In this document: piece by piece, positions 37,553-50,063 of the stretch
How positions within the stretch are numbered: the first letter of the stretch is position 1
Layout of the letters: every line of letters begins with the position of its first letter
Source: Callorhinchus milii
Lineage: Eukaryota
Assembly (NCBI RefSeq): GCF_018977255.1
Contig: NW_024704742.1
Location: 11,658,001-11,722,000, forward strand
Direction: 5' to 3'
Length of the DNA: 64,000 bases
The notes under the pieces: model-generated
The model's input: only the letters and a program-made list of their open reading frames with translations
Database searches by the model: none
What the model was told of the DNA's origin: nothing
Translations under genes and position numbers: made by a program

Positions 37553-40009
37553 GTAATTTTTTTAGTACCATTCTCTTCCAGCCACACCTGGGTGATAACT
37601 GTGGTTTAAGCCTAGTTGTTCAAGAGATTTTAAATATATAGAAATGTTTGAAAGCTGTACGTTAGATGTTATCTTTCCAGTGAAGCTTTGCATTCAAACA
37701 TATTCAGTTGGGCTCTTGCTCAGCCTAAATAAATCTTGATCAGCAAGCTTCTGTGGAGGATATTCCATTCCACAGTTTTGTTGTTTCCCCACTTTGTGCA
37801 CATCAGTCTTTAACCAGAATGGTTACAAATAACATTGGCAAATACAAATAAAATTGAAATATTTGAAAAAAGGTACTACTTTGAAAGTGCATCCAACAAT
37901 TGTTAAGATGCCCAGGAAAAAACCTTTTGAGGTTGCAAAAGGCAGATTTTCCCAAAACGAAATAAAATGTCTCGGTACCTTTTGTGCATGGCTTGAACTG
38001 CTAACCAACATTTTCCAGTGTGCATTAAATCCGAAGATTCTTTTATGTGCCTGGGGCAGATGCATCAGTCTAGATTTGCCTCTGGACAGATATGCCCAGT
38101 GTTGTGATGTCAGCAAACTACATAAATGTCTTTAGTGTATAGAATTGGGTAAGCCCCACCCTCCACCACATTTTTTCCCCCTCTAGGTAAATGTGCACAT
38201 GATTTACACAGACTTGCTAATGTCTGAACTAAACCGGTCTTTAAAATCAAAATGATTCAAAGTGTTTTCACTTCAGACACAATACTCATTTAAAAAGTAC
38301 AATAGCTTGATGCACTGATGGGGGGCACTGCAGGGTGGGTGTTCTGGAGGGATGAGATCAGATAGGCTGAAGAGCCTTCTTCATCCAAACCGATCCTGTG
38401 ATCTGAGCTTCTGACTGGAGCCATCCTCTGAATCCAAAGTCAACTATTCGCAACATTGCAAAGTGCTTGCTGGGGATGCTACATGTGCGGTGAGCATATC
38501 ACATTTAGCGGCAGCGATTGCAGCCAAACCATAACTGTAATTATTTTAATATTTATTTCAACGCTTTAATACACACAAGGGAAAATGTTGAATCATGTGC
38601 CTGGCACATTTGGGGAGTGGTCTGTATGCACTGGTAAGCCCATAAAGACATACCTACATCTAAAGATTGTAGATTTCAGCCCTTCTGTGGGTGCATGTAT
38701 ACTGGGCAGAGAAACAGTTTCAACTAAGAAACTAATCAGATTAAAACTGATCTACCCAGACTGATCAATCCTTGCATCATCTTATTTAACAAAGCCGTGG
38801 AATACATTCAAATTACATTCCTGTACAGACCTTTACAGTCGGACTGTGACAGTAATTATGAATATTGGAGTTTTATCAAATAAGCACAAGCTGCTTTCTC
38901 TGATGAATGGCTATTTGCCATTTTAATTTTACTTTGAAAACAGTGTTTGTGTGTGTTTGAATGGAGGTGGGGGGGTGTTATGTCATATTAACCCGAACCT
39001 TTTCATGTACTTTTTATTTCCCCAAATGGTTGATCTTGCTGTTACCGTGGAGTGAAGATTCCACCTTTGTCATTCAGCTGGTCTGTTGTAACTGTATCTG
39101 TTTGTGTGCGTGTGTGTGTATGCTTCATCATGCTTTCCATTTTGTCTGTACCTGTGTTCGGTCGATGTGCAACAATTCTTTCAAATCCAGTAATCAATGA
39201 AATTGTTTCAATAAAATAAGCCTTCCACAATGTTTGATTCCCAACATTCGCTTTCAATGAACCATTCGCTGGGTGTTGCGAAAGGATCGTACATTGCACA
39301 TTCTTTAGATTTTTCAATTCTCCTCTCCGTTAAGAGTTCCATTGAAGCTGTTACAGTCACGGTTCTGCACCTCGACCATCAATCTGAGAGCTTCTCCGAT
39401 ACATAATTCAGTAGAATATTAATGTCAATCCTGCTGTATTCTGTCCTGCTTGTTCTGCATTAATGTGACATGCCTGAGAATCTGGCAAGCGTGGCACTTA
39501 ATTGATCTTTAATTTCAATTTTGGTGACAAGGATAGTTTTTGTGCCAATTTTGAACTAAAAAGTCAAATTTACTAATTTAATGGAATGGAATTTTATATG
39601 TTCGTACTTTATTATAATCCAATTCTTGATTGTGTTGCCAGTTCGTTCTTACAGATACTAGGTGACAGACATCAATTGAGTATTCCAGTGGGCAAAGAAG
39701 ATAGTGTTGAAGGGGACAAACCAATAATATGATCCATGAAATTTTACTGCAAATGTCCTTCTACTTTATGCGACAAAGTGACTGTTATGAAGTGATTCAT
39801 GATCAGAGTTGGTAATAACAGCTCCAAGTTGCAACTAGTGAGGTAGATTTGTGGCAAACACAGAGCTCCGGATCCCTCCCACTCAGCTCCTGTTAGCCCT
39901 GCAAGCCAAAGCCCTAATGGGTTGGGTGGCCCTAGCTGGACAAGCAGCAGGAAAGTTTGGCAGACAGTGCTATCAATGGCAAGCTATGCGGTTTTAGCTG
40001 GTTAGACTG

Positions 40010-41295
40010 TCTCCAAATCTACCCGCTCCCCCTGGTATAAAAGTCACCTCCGCTCCCTCCAAACACAAACTCGGACCCTAAAGTGCAGATGGCACAAATC
40101 TGGCCTCACAATCCACCGCCAGCTGTGGCTCGAGCATCTCCGCCTCTCCCAACTATCGCCTCTCCCTCTCGCAGGCCCTTCCAATCTCATAAATTACTGT
40201 CCCATTTCCAACCTGCCCTTCCTTGTCAAAGCTCTGGAACGCGTTGTCGCTAACCAGCTTTGCTCTCACCTCTCCCTCCACTCCCTCGTTGAGCCCCTCC
40301 AGTCTGGTTTCTGCCTTGCCCACAGTCGTTATCAAGGTCACAAACAACATTCTCTCTCTCTCTGACCATGGCTCCCTCTGCTTCCTCATCCTTGTGGACC
40401 TCCCTGCCGCATTCAACACAATTGACCACGCCATCCTCCTCCATCACCTCACCTCCCTTATCCACCTTAGTGGGACTGCACTAGCCTGGTTGGTGTCCTA
40501 CCTAACAAACCACCTTCAGTTTATCCCTTCAAACTGTATCTCCTCCTGCCCCTGCCCGGTCATCTGTGGTGTACCCCTTGGGCTCCATCCTTGGCCCCCT
40601 CCTCTTCCTCTATATGCTCCCCCTTAGTGATGTCATCCGCAGACGCGAGGTATACTTCCACTTGTATGCAGATGACATACAAATCTACTTCTCTTCCATC
40701 TGGGACTCCAGGTCTGCTGATGTTCTCTTGGCTTTTCTGGCAGACATCAGGGCCTGGATGAGCGAAAACTTCCTATGACTAAATGTTGACAAGACAGAAG
40801 CCATACTCATTGGCTCCCATCGACATCTTCTATCCTGCGGCTCTGACCTCCTCAACCTCCCTGGCCTATCCCTCAGACTTACCGAAATGGTGCGAAACCT
40901 TGGCATCAGGTTCAAACCACAGCTGTTTTTCCTTCCCCACATCTGGTCCCTGACCAGAACCGCCTTCCTCCACCTCCATCACATTGCCCTCCTCCAACCG
41001 TACCCCAGGTGCAGCCGAAACACTCAACCATGCGTTCATCACCTCAACTATTCAAATGCCTTCTTTGCCAGACCCTCCAACCCTACCATCTACAAAATCG
41101 AGTTGATCCAAAACTCCACCGCCCGCATACTCACCCATACCAAACACCGTACCCCCATCACACCAGTCCTAGCCAGGCTCCACTGGCTCCCTATCACCAA
41201 ACGGTTCGATTTCAAGATCCTCATCCTTTTCAAATCCCTTCATGCCCTGGCACCTCCCTACTTCTCTGACCTGCTTACCCCCCCCAATCCCATTA
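40010..41295 (+). mobile_element. Older, degraded L2 RT fragment
   Basis: [19 protein letters not shown] and LHWLPI motifs across several frames. Confidence 0.88.
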
Positions 41296-41753
41296 GGATC
41301 TGGTTTATACCAAGTCCAGGTTTGTTATAAAAGTTGTTCCCAATACCACTTCTTACCCTGTGCCAACAGGCATGTTACTATTGTGCTTTCCCATTAAATG
41401 TTCTTAGTCAGACTCTAATTCTAAAGTCCTGCTTGAAATCCCATCTTGTGTCATAGAACATCTTGAACCTGAACACAACAGATGCTATGGAGAAGAGGTG
41501 TGTTCTCGCTCTCTCTCTGACATATTTTATCGTCCACGTTGCTGGGCCAAATCACTACAGAATTCATTGATTACTGAAGCACTTAAAACGACTGTTTGCA
41601 CCATCGCCATCCAAGTTTTATTTAGCGTATCTGGTGTGTCACTTGAGATGCTGTGATCTCCGCCTCTCTTTCTCTCGCTCTCTCTCCCGTCCCCAACACA
41701 ATGCAAACGCTGCTGTTGTTGCCGCTCACGCCATTCTGTGTCGTATTTTTCAG

Positions 41754-41814
41754 AGGTGTTGCTGAACAATGCCAGGGATACAAGTGTCATGGATACTCTA
41801 CCACTGAATGGTAA
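41754..41814 (+). CDS. ADGRL3: Second reading frame of the terminal exon, used after the 52-nt exon: short C-terminus IGVAEQCQGYKCHGYSTTEW*
   Basis: Joining AT (37551-37552) to A-GGT-GTT-GCT-GAA-CAA-TGC...TGG-TAA (stop 41812-41814). Resembles the mammalian short isoform end IGASEQCQGYKCHGYSTTEW, recalled from memory. Confidence 0.85.
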
Positions 41815-42556
41815 CCATGGCAACAGCTACAGCATCGCCAGCGGAGAATACCTGGGTGACTGCGTACAAATCATCGACCGTGGGTACAACCACAGCGAAA
41901 CCGTATTAGAGAAAAAGATCCTGAAAGAACTCACGTCCAACTATATCCCGTCTTACCTGAACAACCACGAGTGCTCCAGCGAACAAAACAGGAACCTCAT
42001 GAACAAGCTGAACAACATCGCGAGCAGCATTGAGGACGACGCCATTGTCCTCGACGACGCCACTTCATTCAACCACGATGAAAGCCTGGGCCTGGAGCTC
42101 ATACGAGAGGAGTCCAATGCCCCTTTGTTACCGCAGAGAGCACACTCGGTCGAGAACCATCAGCCCCATCACTACCCCAGCAACAGAAGACGGATCCCTG
42201 AAGATCACAGCGAGAGCTTTTTTCCTTTGCTTACCAACGAGCACACAGAGGAACTGCAGTCACCAAACAGGGATTCTCTGTATACCAGCATGCCCGCTTT
42301 GGCAGGCATGCCCATAACGGACGGTGGTACTTCTCAGACCCAAAGCGCTCCAGCACCAGCTAAAAGCAGTGACGGCGATGATGTGTATTATAAAAGTATG
42401 CCGAATCTGGGCTCCAGGAACCATGTGCAGCAACTGCACACTTACTACCAGCTCGGGCGTGGAAGCAGCGATGGCTTTATAGTTCCTCCCAATAAGGAAG
42501 GCTCATCATCTGAAGGGGATTCAAAAGGACCATCACATTTGGTCACCAGTCTATAG
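41754..42556 (+). CDS. ADGRL3: ADGRL3 terminal coding exon (long tail, class I PDZ-binding motif)
   Basis: Acceptor tttttcag| at 41753. Reads EVLLNNARDTSVMDTLPLNGNHGNSYSIA...YYKSMPNLGSRN...GRGSSDGFIVPPNK...HLVTSL* with TAG at 42554-42556, the latrophilin-3 C-terminus. Confidence 0.97.
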
Positions 42557-44010
42557 GGGCAAAGACTAATAACCCCAGATACCTTGGTCTGGTTTCTACA
42601 AGCAAACAAAGGAAGACGTGTGTGTGTGCTTGACCCTAAATGCTGTTCATAAAACTGCGGAACTACTTAAAGACGTTTTTATTCAGATCAACTTAGCAAG
42701 GCACTGCGTGGGAAGCAGCTGATAAGGGAATAGTCTGTTTTAAGGCAAAAAAAGGAGTCAAACTTACTGAACTGTTTGTGAATGGGTTGGACATATATAT
42801 ATATATATGGAATTCAGTTTTGCTTCCTTCAGTAATGCTCAATTTTTAGCTTTTTTTCCTGGTGTCTATTTTCTCAAGGATGTTTAACAGAGGCTTGGCG
42901 TAGGTCAGCACCACTTGTAACGGTGTAAGGGTATCAATAGCTTTCTTTTTTTTATTATTATTTTATTATCATTGTATATCAGTCCTGGCTTTATCTCACA
43001 CCTAGATTCATCTTGCAGTTCATCTTAGCTGCAGAATTCTTCTGGTTCCTATGGTTTACATGAACATGTCCAATATCAGAAAGGGAACCATTAAAATGAT
43101 ATGCTAGTTGCATATTTTATGTTTTTGCTCTAATAATTCTCATTATAAAACTAATGACCGAGAAATTTTGAAACAATTTCTGTGTACAGATACTTGCATT
43201 GCACATATATTGTAGTATGCTTTTTTCCTTCCAAACTTTTGTCCCTGTTGATGTAGTGAACAAGACAGTTTTTGTTGTGTTGGTCTTGCAAGTTTTGTCT
43301 TGCTTGGTAGGAGCAATGTTTTTTCATGAAGTCTTTCTGTTGGGCATTTTCCCCTAACAGTTCCTTAGAAGACCACAATTTATAAAAGCTCATTTTCTAG
43401 TGAGGTGATCACAATAGTTCAAAAATCGGAAAAAAAACTGTTTTAGGTTTTTCTCACTGTGTATTTTGAAGTGGAGTCATGTTTTGCCAACAACAAAAAA
43501 AATCAAAATTAGGATTTACAGCAGGTACATTTTTGTTTAAAATGCACTATGTTATTCATAAATGTGTTCAGCAATGGAAGTCCACAAAGGGAGCTAGGCA
43601 CTCTTCTAGAAACCAAGGAGTCTTGGTAGAAAATAGTGGAACTCGTGCATGTGGGGGGAAAAAAGTAGAAACATTTTTATGTTAAATCTAGTCAAAGCAC
43701 TAGGCACTTGTACCGTGGTGGTTTAAAAAAAATTGACTTATTAAAATGAAAGTTATTTTGAAGTGAAAAAGACTGGAATTCTCTTATCTTTTGTTTTTCT
43801 TTTTCTAACAGAAAATGTATTTATTTGACATTAATTAGTTGATGTAGGAAATCCCTATGGTAATGAACATAGCAGCACACTTGGTAATTCATTTTTTTTT
43901 AATTTATGATCCATTTTGTATAGTTTCCGAGTTGAATGACCTCATTACTAATATTTGTTGTAAAAGTGATTCCTGTTTGCCAACAAATAAATGACTGATT
44001 ACAGATTTAC
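42557..44010 (+). other. ADGRL3: ADGRL3 3' UTR (end approximate)
   Basis: AT/U-rich sequence with no recognised repeats after the stop. First AATAAA at 43986-43991 with TGTA at 43959. Further AATAAA at 44508, 45123 and 45196 could give longer UTRs. Confidence 0.6.
43986..43991 (+). terminator. Candidate polyadenylation signal
   Basis: AATAAA about 1.4 kb after the stop, preceded by a TGTA (CFIm-type) motif. Confidence 0.5.
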
Positions 44011-46129
44011 AAAATTGGAGGTGGCTGAAGAAGGTTTTTCTTACCCCATGTACATGTGCCCAGTTATCACTTGTGAGACAATGAGAAGAAACTGCAATGA
44101 GTTGTTTTGGGACCATAGTTACTTCCAATTGCTCTTGGTAGATATAAAAATGGTCACTTTCCTGACAATGTGATCTAAGTGAGTTAAGGAACCCGTTCAC
44201 CCTCCTGCTTTGCTGTGATAGTTGATTGTCTGCATTACACCCTAACTAGCTCTTCATGGGATAGCCAGTATTATAGTGTAATAGTACCATCGCACTATTA
44301 CAACATTTAAGTAGAATCCATCAATCCTACACGCAGTTATTTTTATAAAAAGACAATTTATAGTTGTATAAACTTTTCCTTTTCCAGCTCCCAATATTTA
44401 AGATTGAGCTCAATATTCAATCTTTGTTACTGAGAAACGTACATGAAGGCCTAAGGGTCACAGTGCAGGACATCACCAAGGGTAGGAAAGAGTAGGAGAA
44501 ACAGTACAATAAACAAAGGAATTGGTGTTGATATGTGATGAAGAACTTGGGGTATATCAGCCCAAGTTATATGATATAATATTATTGATCATGGCAGGAG
44601 AGAAGATCGAAGGGAGGTAAGATATCTTGCTGTTGTGAAGTCCTAGGAAAGAATGAGAGAGAAACCTTTTTTTAATCGTTGAAGAAAGAAGAGTGAGTTG
44701 GAATATCATGTTTGAGACAACAAAGAAAGTTTGAGGTGAACTAGTATTAGTACAATATCTCTGATTACATGCTTCTTAATGCTGAAAAATCTGGTCAAAA
44801 TCTTAATGAACTGTGTGCATTAATGTCCCAAAACTTGATTTTAGTGTGTTATTTGATCCTTGTTTGTTTTCCTTTTTGCCTGTGCAATGAATCTTTTTAG
44901 AATTGCAGTTGCATACACTGAAATCTCACTACAAAATGGGGAAAGCTACAGCAAAGGCAGCCAAGCCAGGATGATATGAAGATTCCCAAGCCCTTGACAA
45001 GCACCAACCTCTGTTATGTCTACCGGATGATCAAAAAGACATTCAGGGCTCTCATTAATACAGTTGAACGATGGAAAAAGATGAATCATCACCAACCTTT
45101 TATGTTTAATGTTATTACAGAGAATAAATTCTCCAACATCCTAAAATGTTCACCTGCATTAATCAGGCTAGACTATTGAACATGAAGAAAAGCTTAATAA
45201 AATCCGATACACATCGTAATGTACTTTGTTCTCACTCAGCTTCTTATATTGATTAGTTTCTTTAATCTTTCTCTAGAATTTTGTTCTGCATTTTATTTTC
45301 TCTATGCTGCATCTTCTTATTTTTTTTCATTCCTGCCTCATAATATATTTGTTTTCCATTCCACAGTTGACTGCTCATATTTTGTTACCTTTCTAGAATT
45401 TATTATAAGGTTAAACATAGCTAAGCAATAATTAACTACTTTCTTTCCCAGGTTTTCTCCTTTACACAACTTGTAGTTGGCCATTTGAACCGATAATATA
45501 TTGGTTGGAAGTCACTTACTCTACCACTTTGCTAACCAGGTTAGTTTTGTTTCATGGTTTGTGTGACTGCCAATATCAGAGGAAACCATGCTCACAGCCA
45601 CATCAATCTATACTTCTAAATTGGGACTGGCTGCCCTAACCCAATATTCACTTAAAATCCACATGTTCTGTTCATTTTGTTTTTTACATTGGAAGTGGAA
45701 ATAATTCAATACTGTAAATACTGAGCAGATATATTTAACCCAAACCTGACCACTGTGTGCTATCACACAAAGCAAATAATGCACAATTTAATTCAATAGA
45801 TAACAAGCAATCAGCTGATTCCCAAAGCAGTACTCGATTTTCTAAAGCCAAAAATGAGAATATAGTTTTGACAGCAGCGAAGTCTTTCCTAAATTAAAGC
45901 AATTAATTACCTTTGTGTAATTATCAGCCAGGTGTTTTGACACATGTGAAATCCCTTCACCGTGCTTAAAAGTATCTAAGCAGAAAATTCCATGCACCCC
46001 ACCTACCCAAGTAAATTCTAAAGATAAATTGATGGAATGGAATGAGTACTCTATCCCTGGAGTGATTCATCCTGCTTACCTAAATCTGGAAAATATTAGG
46101 TGCAGGTTGGCAAGAGCCAAGGCTTGGGG

Positions 46130-46960
46130 ACCTCAGAGTAAACGTTGAGGTAACTGCTGGAGTCTAACCAGTTAAAACCGAATAGCTTGCCATTGGTAGC
46201 ACTGTCCAGCAAGCTTTCCCACTGTTTGTCCAGCTAGGACCACCCTACCCATTAGGGTTTTGGCTTACAGGGTTAACAGGAGCTGCAGGAGATGACTCCC
46301 TGTCTCCAGTGACAGGTCCAAGGAGATCCCACTTACCTCCCCCTGCCCAAGGAGGATAGTTACTAGTTTGTTGTTTGGTAGGTACCAGGAACACCCTGCT
46401 CAGCATGAAATACGTGAGAGCATTGCTACCATCTTCCTTGGGCCAGGCAGAGCCATGATTCTACAACTGGGGGCACCCACCACCAAGTACCACTGGTTGG
46501 TCCAGTATTCAAGATGGCGGGTGCAGCGCAGAAGGACCTTCTGTGAGTCCACCAGCAGCTCAGGATCATCCATAAACACGTGAGCCCATGTGAGTCCATC
46601 AGAAGCTCAGGATCATCCACAAATGGAAGGAATTATTGCCACAATCCTGTCGGAGAGGCCTGGAACAGATACACCAAATCCTTCCTCCCTTGATGCCATC
46701 CAACACACATCGAACAGGATGGGTGACAATGGGTTGCCTTGCCTTACCCCCATTTCCAGAGGGATGGACTCAGTGTCAACCGTTACATGGATCTTGGAGC
46801 TGAATTACACATTCTGGATAAAATCCAAGATTTGGCTATGCAGTTTCACCAGGAGGGCTTCACAGGACAAAAGGTCAAAAGCGTTGTGCAAGTTGATGAA
46901 TGCTGCTTAAGTGGATTTCCCTTTAGCCTTGGGCAGTGGGCATATCTATTTGCAAAGGCC
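46130..46960 (-). mobile_element. Degraded non-LTR retrotransposon of another clade (possibly RLE-type)
   Basis: Minus strand reads FINLHNAFD (~46890) and GVRQGNPLSPILFDV (~46750), RT motifs with a QG.PLSP signature unlike L2/CR1. A second copy of its presumed 3' region lies at 39883-40008 on +. Confidence 0.6.
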
Positions 46961-47659
46961 TTACAACACATCTATTAGGGCTCTGTGGGCTTACTTTCAG
47001 TGGGACAGATCATTCCAGGTAAGGAGTAAAGAAAGCAGGGAGGAGCAGCTGGGGTCCGAGGCATTTCTGGCTAAATGAAGTTTCAATTATATGTTCTTTC
47101 AGATCATCCTTTTCTGGTTGACTTAAGGTTAACAGCATTTTCTGAACCCTTGACTGACATAAGACACACAGTCAATACCAAGCTTGTCCACTAAGGATGC
47201 GCGAATTGTTGGGTCTGGCAGGAAAGCCCAACTCAGCATGCAGAGCACATCTATTAGGAGATGCAGAGGTTACTAAACTAGTCACATGGAGGTCTTCTGA
47301 GAGCACAAAAGAAATATTCATTACAAATTGGTTAGAACTAGTTGATTAACCATGTGGAACAGAGAACAATTACAGGAGCTTAGATGATTGTGTTTTTTTA
47401 AAAAATATATAGCTCAGGAGTTGAAGTATGTGAGTAAATCCCCTTGACCTTGGCACTTATTGAAAAGATGCGTTGGTTTAACCTTTTAGCATTCAACACA
47501 CAGGGATACCAGAATGTAGAACACAGAATGAACAAAATGGGTTAACATATCAACAGTTTATTTACTTTGGAAATAACTTGTGCTGCAGGGCTCTAATTTA
47601 CTCAAATATCACTGTGGAATTGAGCATCCAAAACATCTAGGCTCCACTACCCCAACTCC

Positions 47660-48220
47660 CAACTTGTCGGCCTTCCTAAACTCTTCCCTCCAAAAACTGC
47701 ATATCATCCAGAACTCTGCATCTCATGTCCTCTCCCATACCAGGCTCGATGATCCCATCACACCCACCGTCAACCGGCTCCAATGGCTCCCCATTCCCCA
47801 GAGGTTAGAGTTCAAAATCCTCTTCCTCGCCTTCAGGGCCCTCCACGGTCTTGCGCTTTCCTACCTCTGTGACCTGCAAATACCATATCAAACCATCCGC
47901 TCCCTCTGCTCAGCAAGCTCTGGCCCACTCCATATCCTTCACCCGGCCCGCCCCACCATTGACAGTCAGGCCTTCAGTTTCTCTGCCCCCACCCTTTGGA
48001 ACTCCATTCCACATTCCTTTTGCCTCGCTCGCTCCCTTACCTCCTTCAGGGCATGTCTCAAGATGCTCCTCTTTAACTACTTTTTGCCTACCTCCTACCC
48101 TCCCTGCCATCACCCTCCCTTATCCCAAACCCCTCCGCTCAGCTCAGGTCCAAATCCCTGACTGGGATGTCCTCCCAACATGAAAGGCACTATACAAATG
48201 TAATTTTATATTGTATTGTA
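47660..48220 (+). mobile_element. L2 3' fragment
   Basis: IQNSASHVL, LQWLPIPQRLEFK and LWNSIP motifs plus tail. Confidence 0.85.
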
Positions 48221-48487
48221 AAACAGTCTTAACATCACTGCCTCTAGGTCTTATAGATTCATAGAATCTTACGGCACAGAAGGGAGCTATCCGGCCCATC
48301 GTTTCTGTGCCAGCTCTTTGAAAGAGCTATCCAACTAGTTCCACTCCCTCGCTCTTACCCCATAGCCCTGCAATGTTTTCCTTTTCAAACTACCGTGGAA
48401 TCTGCTTACACCATCCTTTCAGGCAATGCATTCCAGATTGTAACAAATTTCTGGATAAAACAAAATTCTCCTCATCTTTCCCTCTGG

Positions 48488-48808
48488 TTCCTGTAGCTTA
48501 GTGGTTAGAGCACTCGCTTTGCAAGCGAGAGACCTGAGTTCAATTCCAGGCAGAGGGCGAAACCTTGGGCAAGTTTCCTTACTCCACACAGAGCCTAATA
48601 ATAATCCCTCCAAAACCAAAAACAATAATAAATTGGTCATTTTCAATCCACGACTGTTTGTGGGACATTGCTGTGCGCAATTGGCTGCCGCGTTTGCCCA
48701 CAAATATACAGTCAATTCACTTTACAATGTGTTCTGTGAAGCGCTTTGGGACGTCCTCCCGACATGAAAAGCGCTATATCAAATGCAAGGATTATTATTA
48801 TTATTATT
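48488..48808 (+). mobile_element. tRNA-derived SINE, short form, adjoining a CR1 fragment
   Basis: Closely similar to the reverse complement of 24199-24520. Confidence 0.9.
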
Positions 48809-50063
48809 TTGCCAATTATCTTAAAGGTCTTGTGAAACTTATTTCAAAGTTCAGTATAAAGTCACGAGGCTTTTCTTTGGAACATTTCTTTGGAACTCTT
48901 CCACAAGTTATAGTTATTTTTGAAGATATACTTTACACTGTCCAACCCTTCATTATGTCGCATTAGCATTTTATTGTTTATTAAACCATTTAGTTTATAG
49001 TTACCTTAGTTAAACCCTTGTCTGCAATGACCTCACCCATTTGTCATCATGACTGTCCACAGAAAAACAGTTGAAAAGAATTCCATCAGAATTCACTCCA
49101 TCATTCTTCAGCCATTCATTTACATAATTAATCCTTATTCAGAAAGAATAAGGTTTACTATGAATGAGAAGACATTCTTCGTTCAGAGTCTTTCCATAAA
49201 TTTGGAATACTTTTATTTCATTGGGCAATGGCTCATGGCTGGGCCACTGTTTTGTGATGTCAACTTCTCAACATTCATAAATCTCACTTCAGACAAACCC
49301 TTCAATGTTCGTGGATTCAATCAATATTGATTTTGGATGTGTATGTGTGTCTATGTGTGCATATTGTATTTGGTGATTTCTATCCTATGGGTGTTAAGCA
49401 ACTTTTAAAACTTGATTTTTTTGTTTGAAGTAAATAATATGATCCATGATCCATGCTTCCCACTCATATCATTACATCCATTCTGAAGCCTTTCATACTT
49501 ATCACGTTTCCCAACTTTATTAACTACCTACATTTTTAATTTCATCTCCAAAAAGGAAAAGTTTTTATTAGTGTTACATCAGGGTGACAAAAGTACTCCG
49601 AGACTCCGTCTGGCATGAAGGGCACAATATAAGTGCAAGTTTTGTTGTTCGCACAAATAACAGGTAGAACAATAACAACAACTTGCACTTATGTAATGCC
49701 CTTCATGCAGGGTAGCATCTCAGAGTGCAGTGATAGAGTGTCTCTCTGTCCGGAAGTAAAATATTATTCACTGTCGACATGTGCCTAAACATCTGAGTAG
49801 TTGAATAGGGTGAACACTAGGCATAGTTTGAATCGTACCTGGTGACATTAGACCTCAGCCACTTTATGTTGATGAAATGAGCACCGGGTCTAAATAATAT
49901 CCAGGGAGGGAGGATGTAAGCAAAGTGAAATTTCTCTGGGGCTAAATTGGTGTTGAGGAATCAAGTTTGCAGTAAATCCAAAGCATTGTCAACTATTGAC
50001 CAGACCGTCTGATTCTTCAGTGAAACTGGGAGATGCAGACCTTGCAAGCTGGGAATGGTACAA

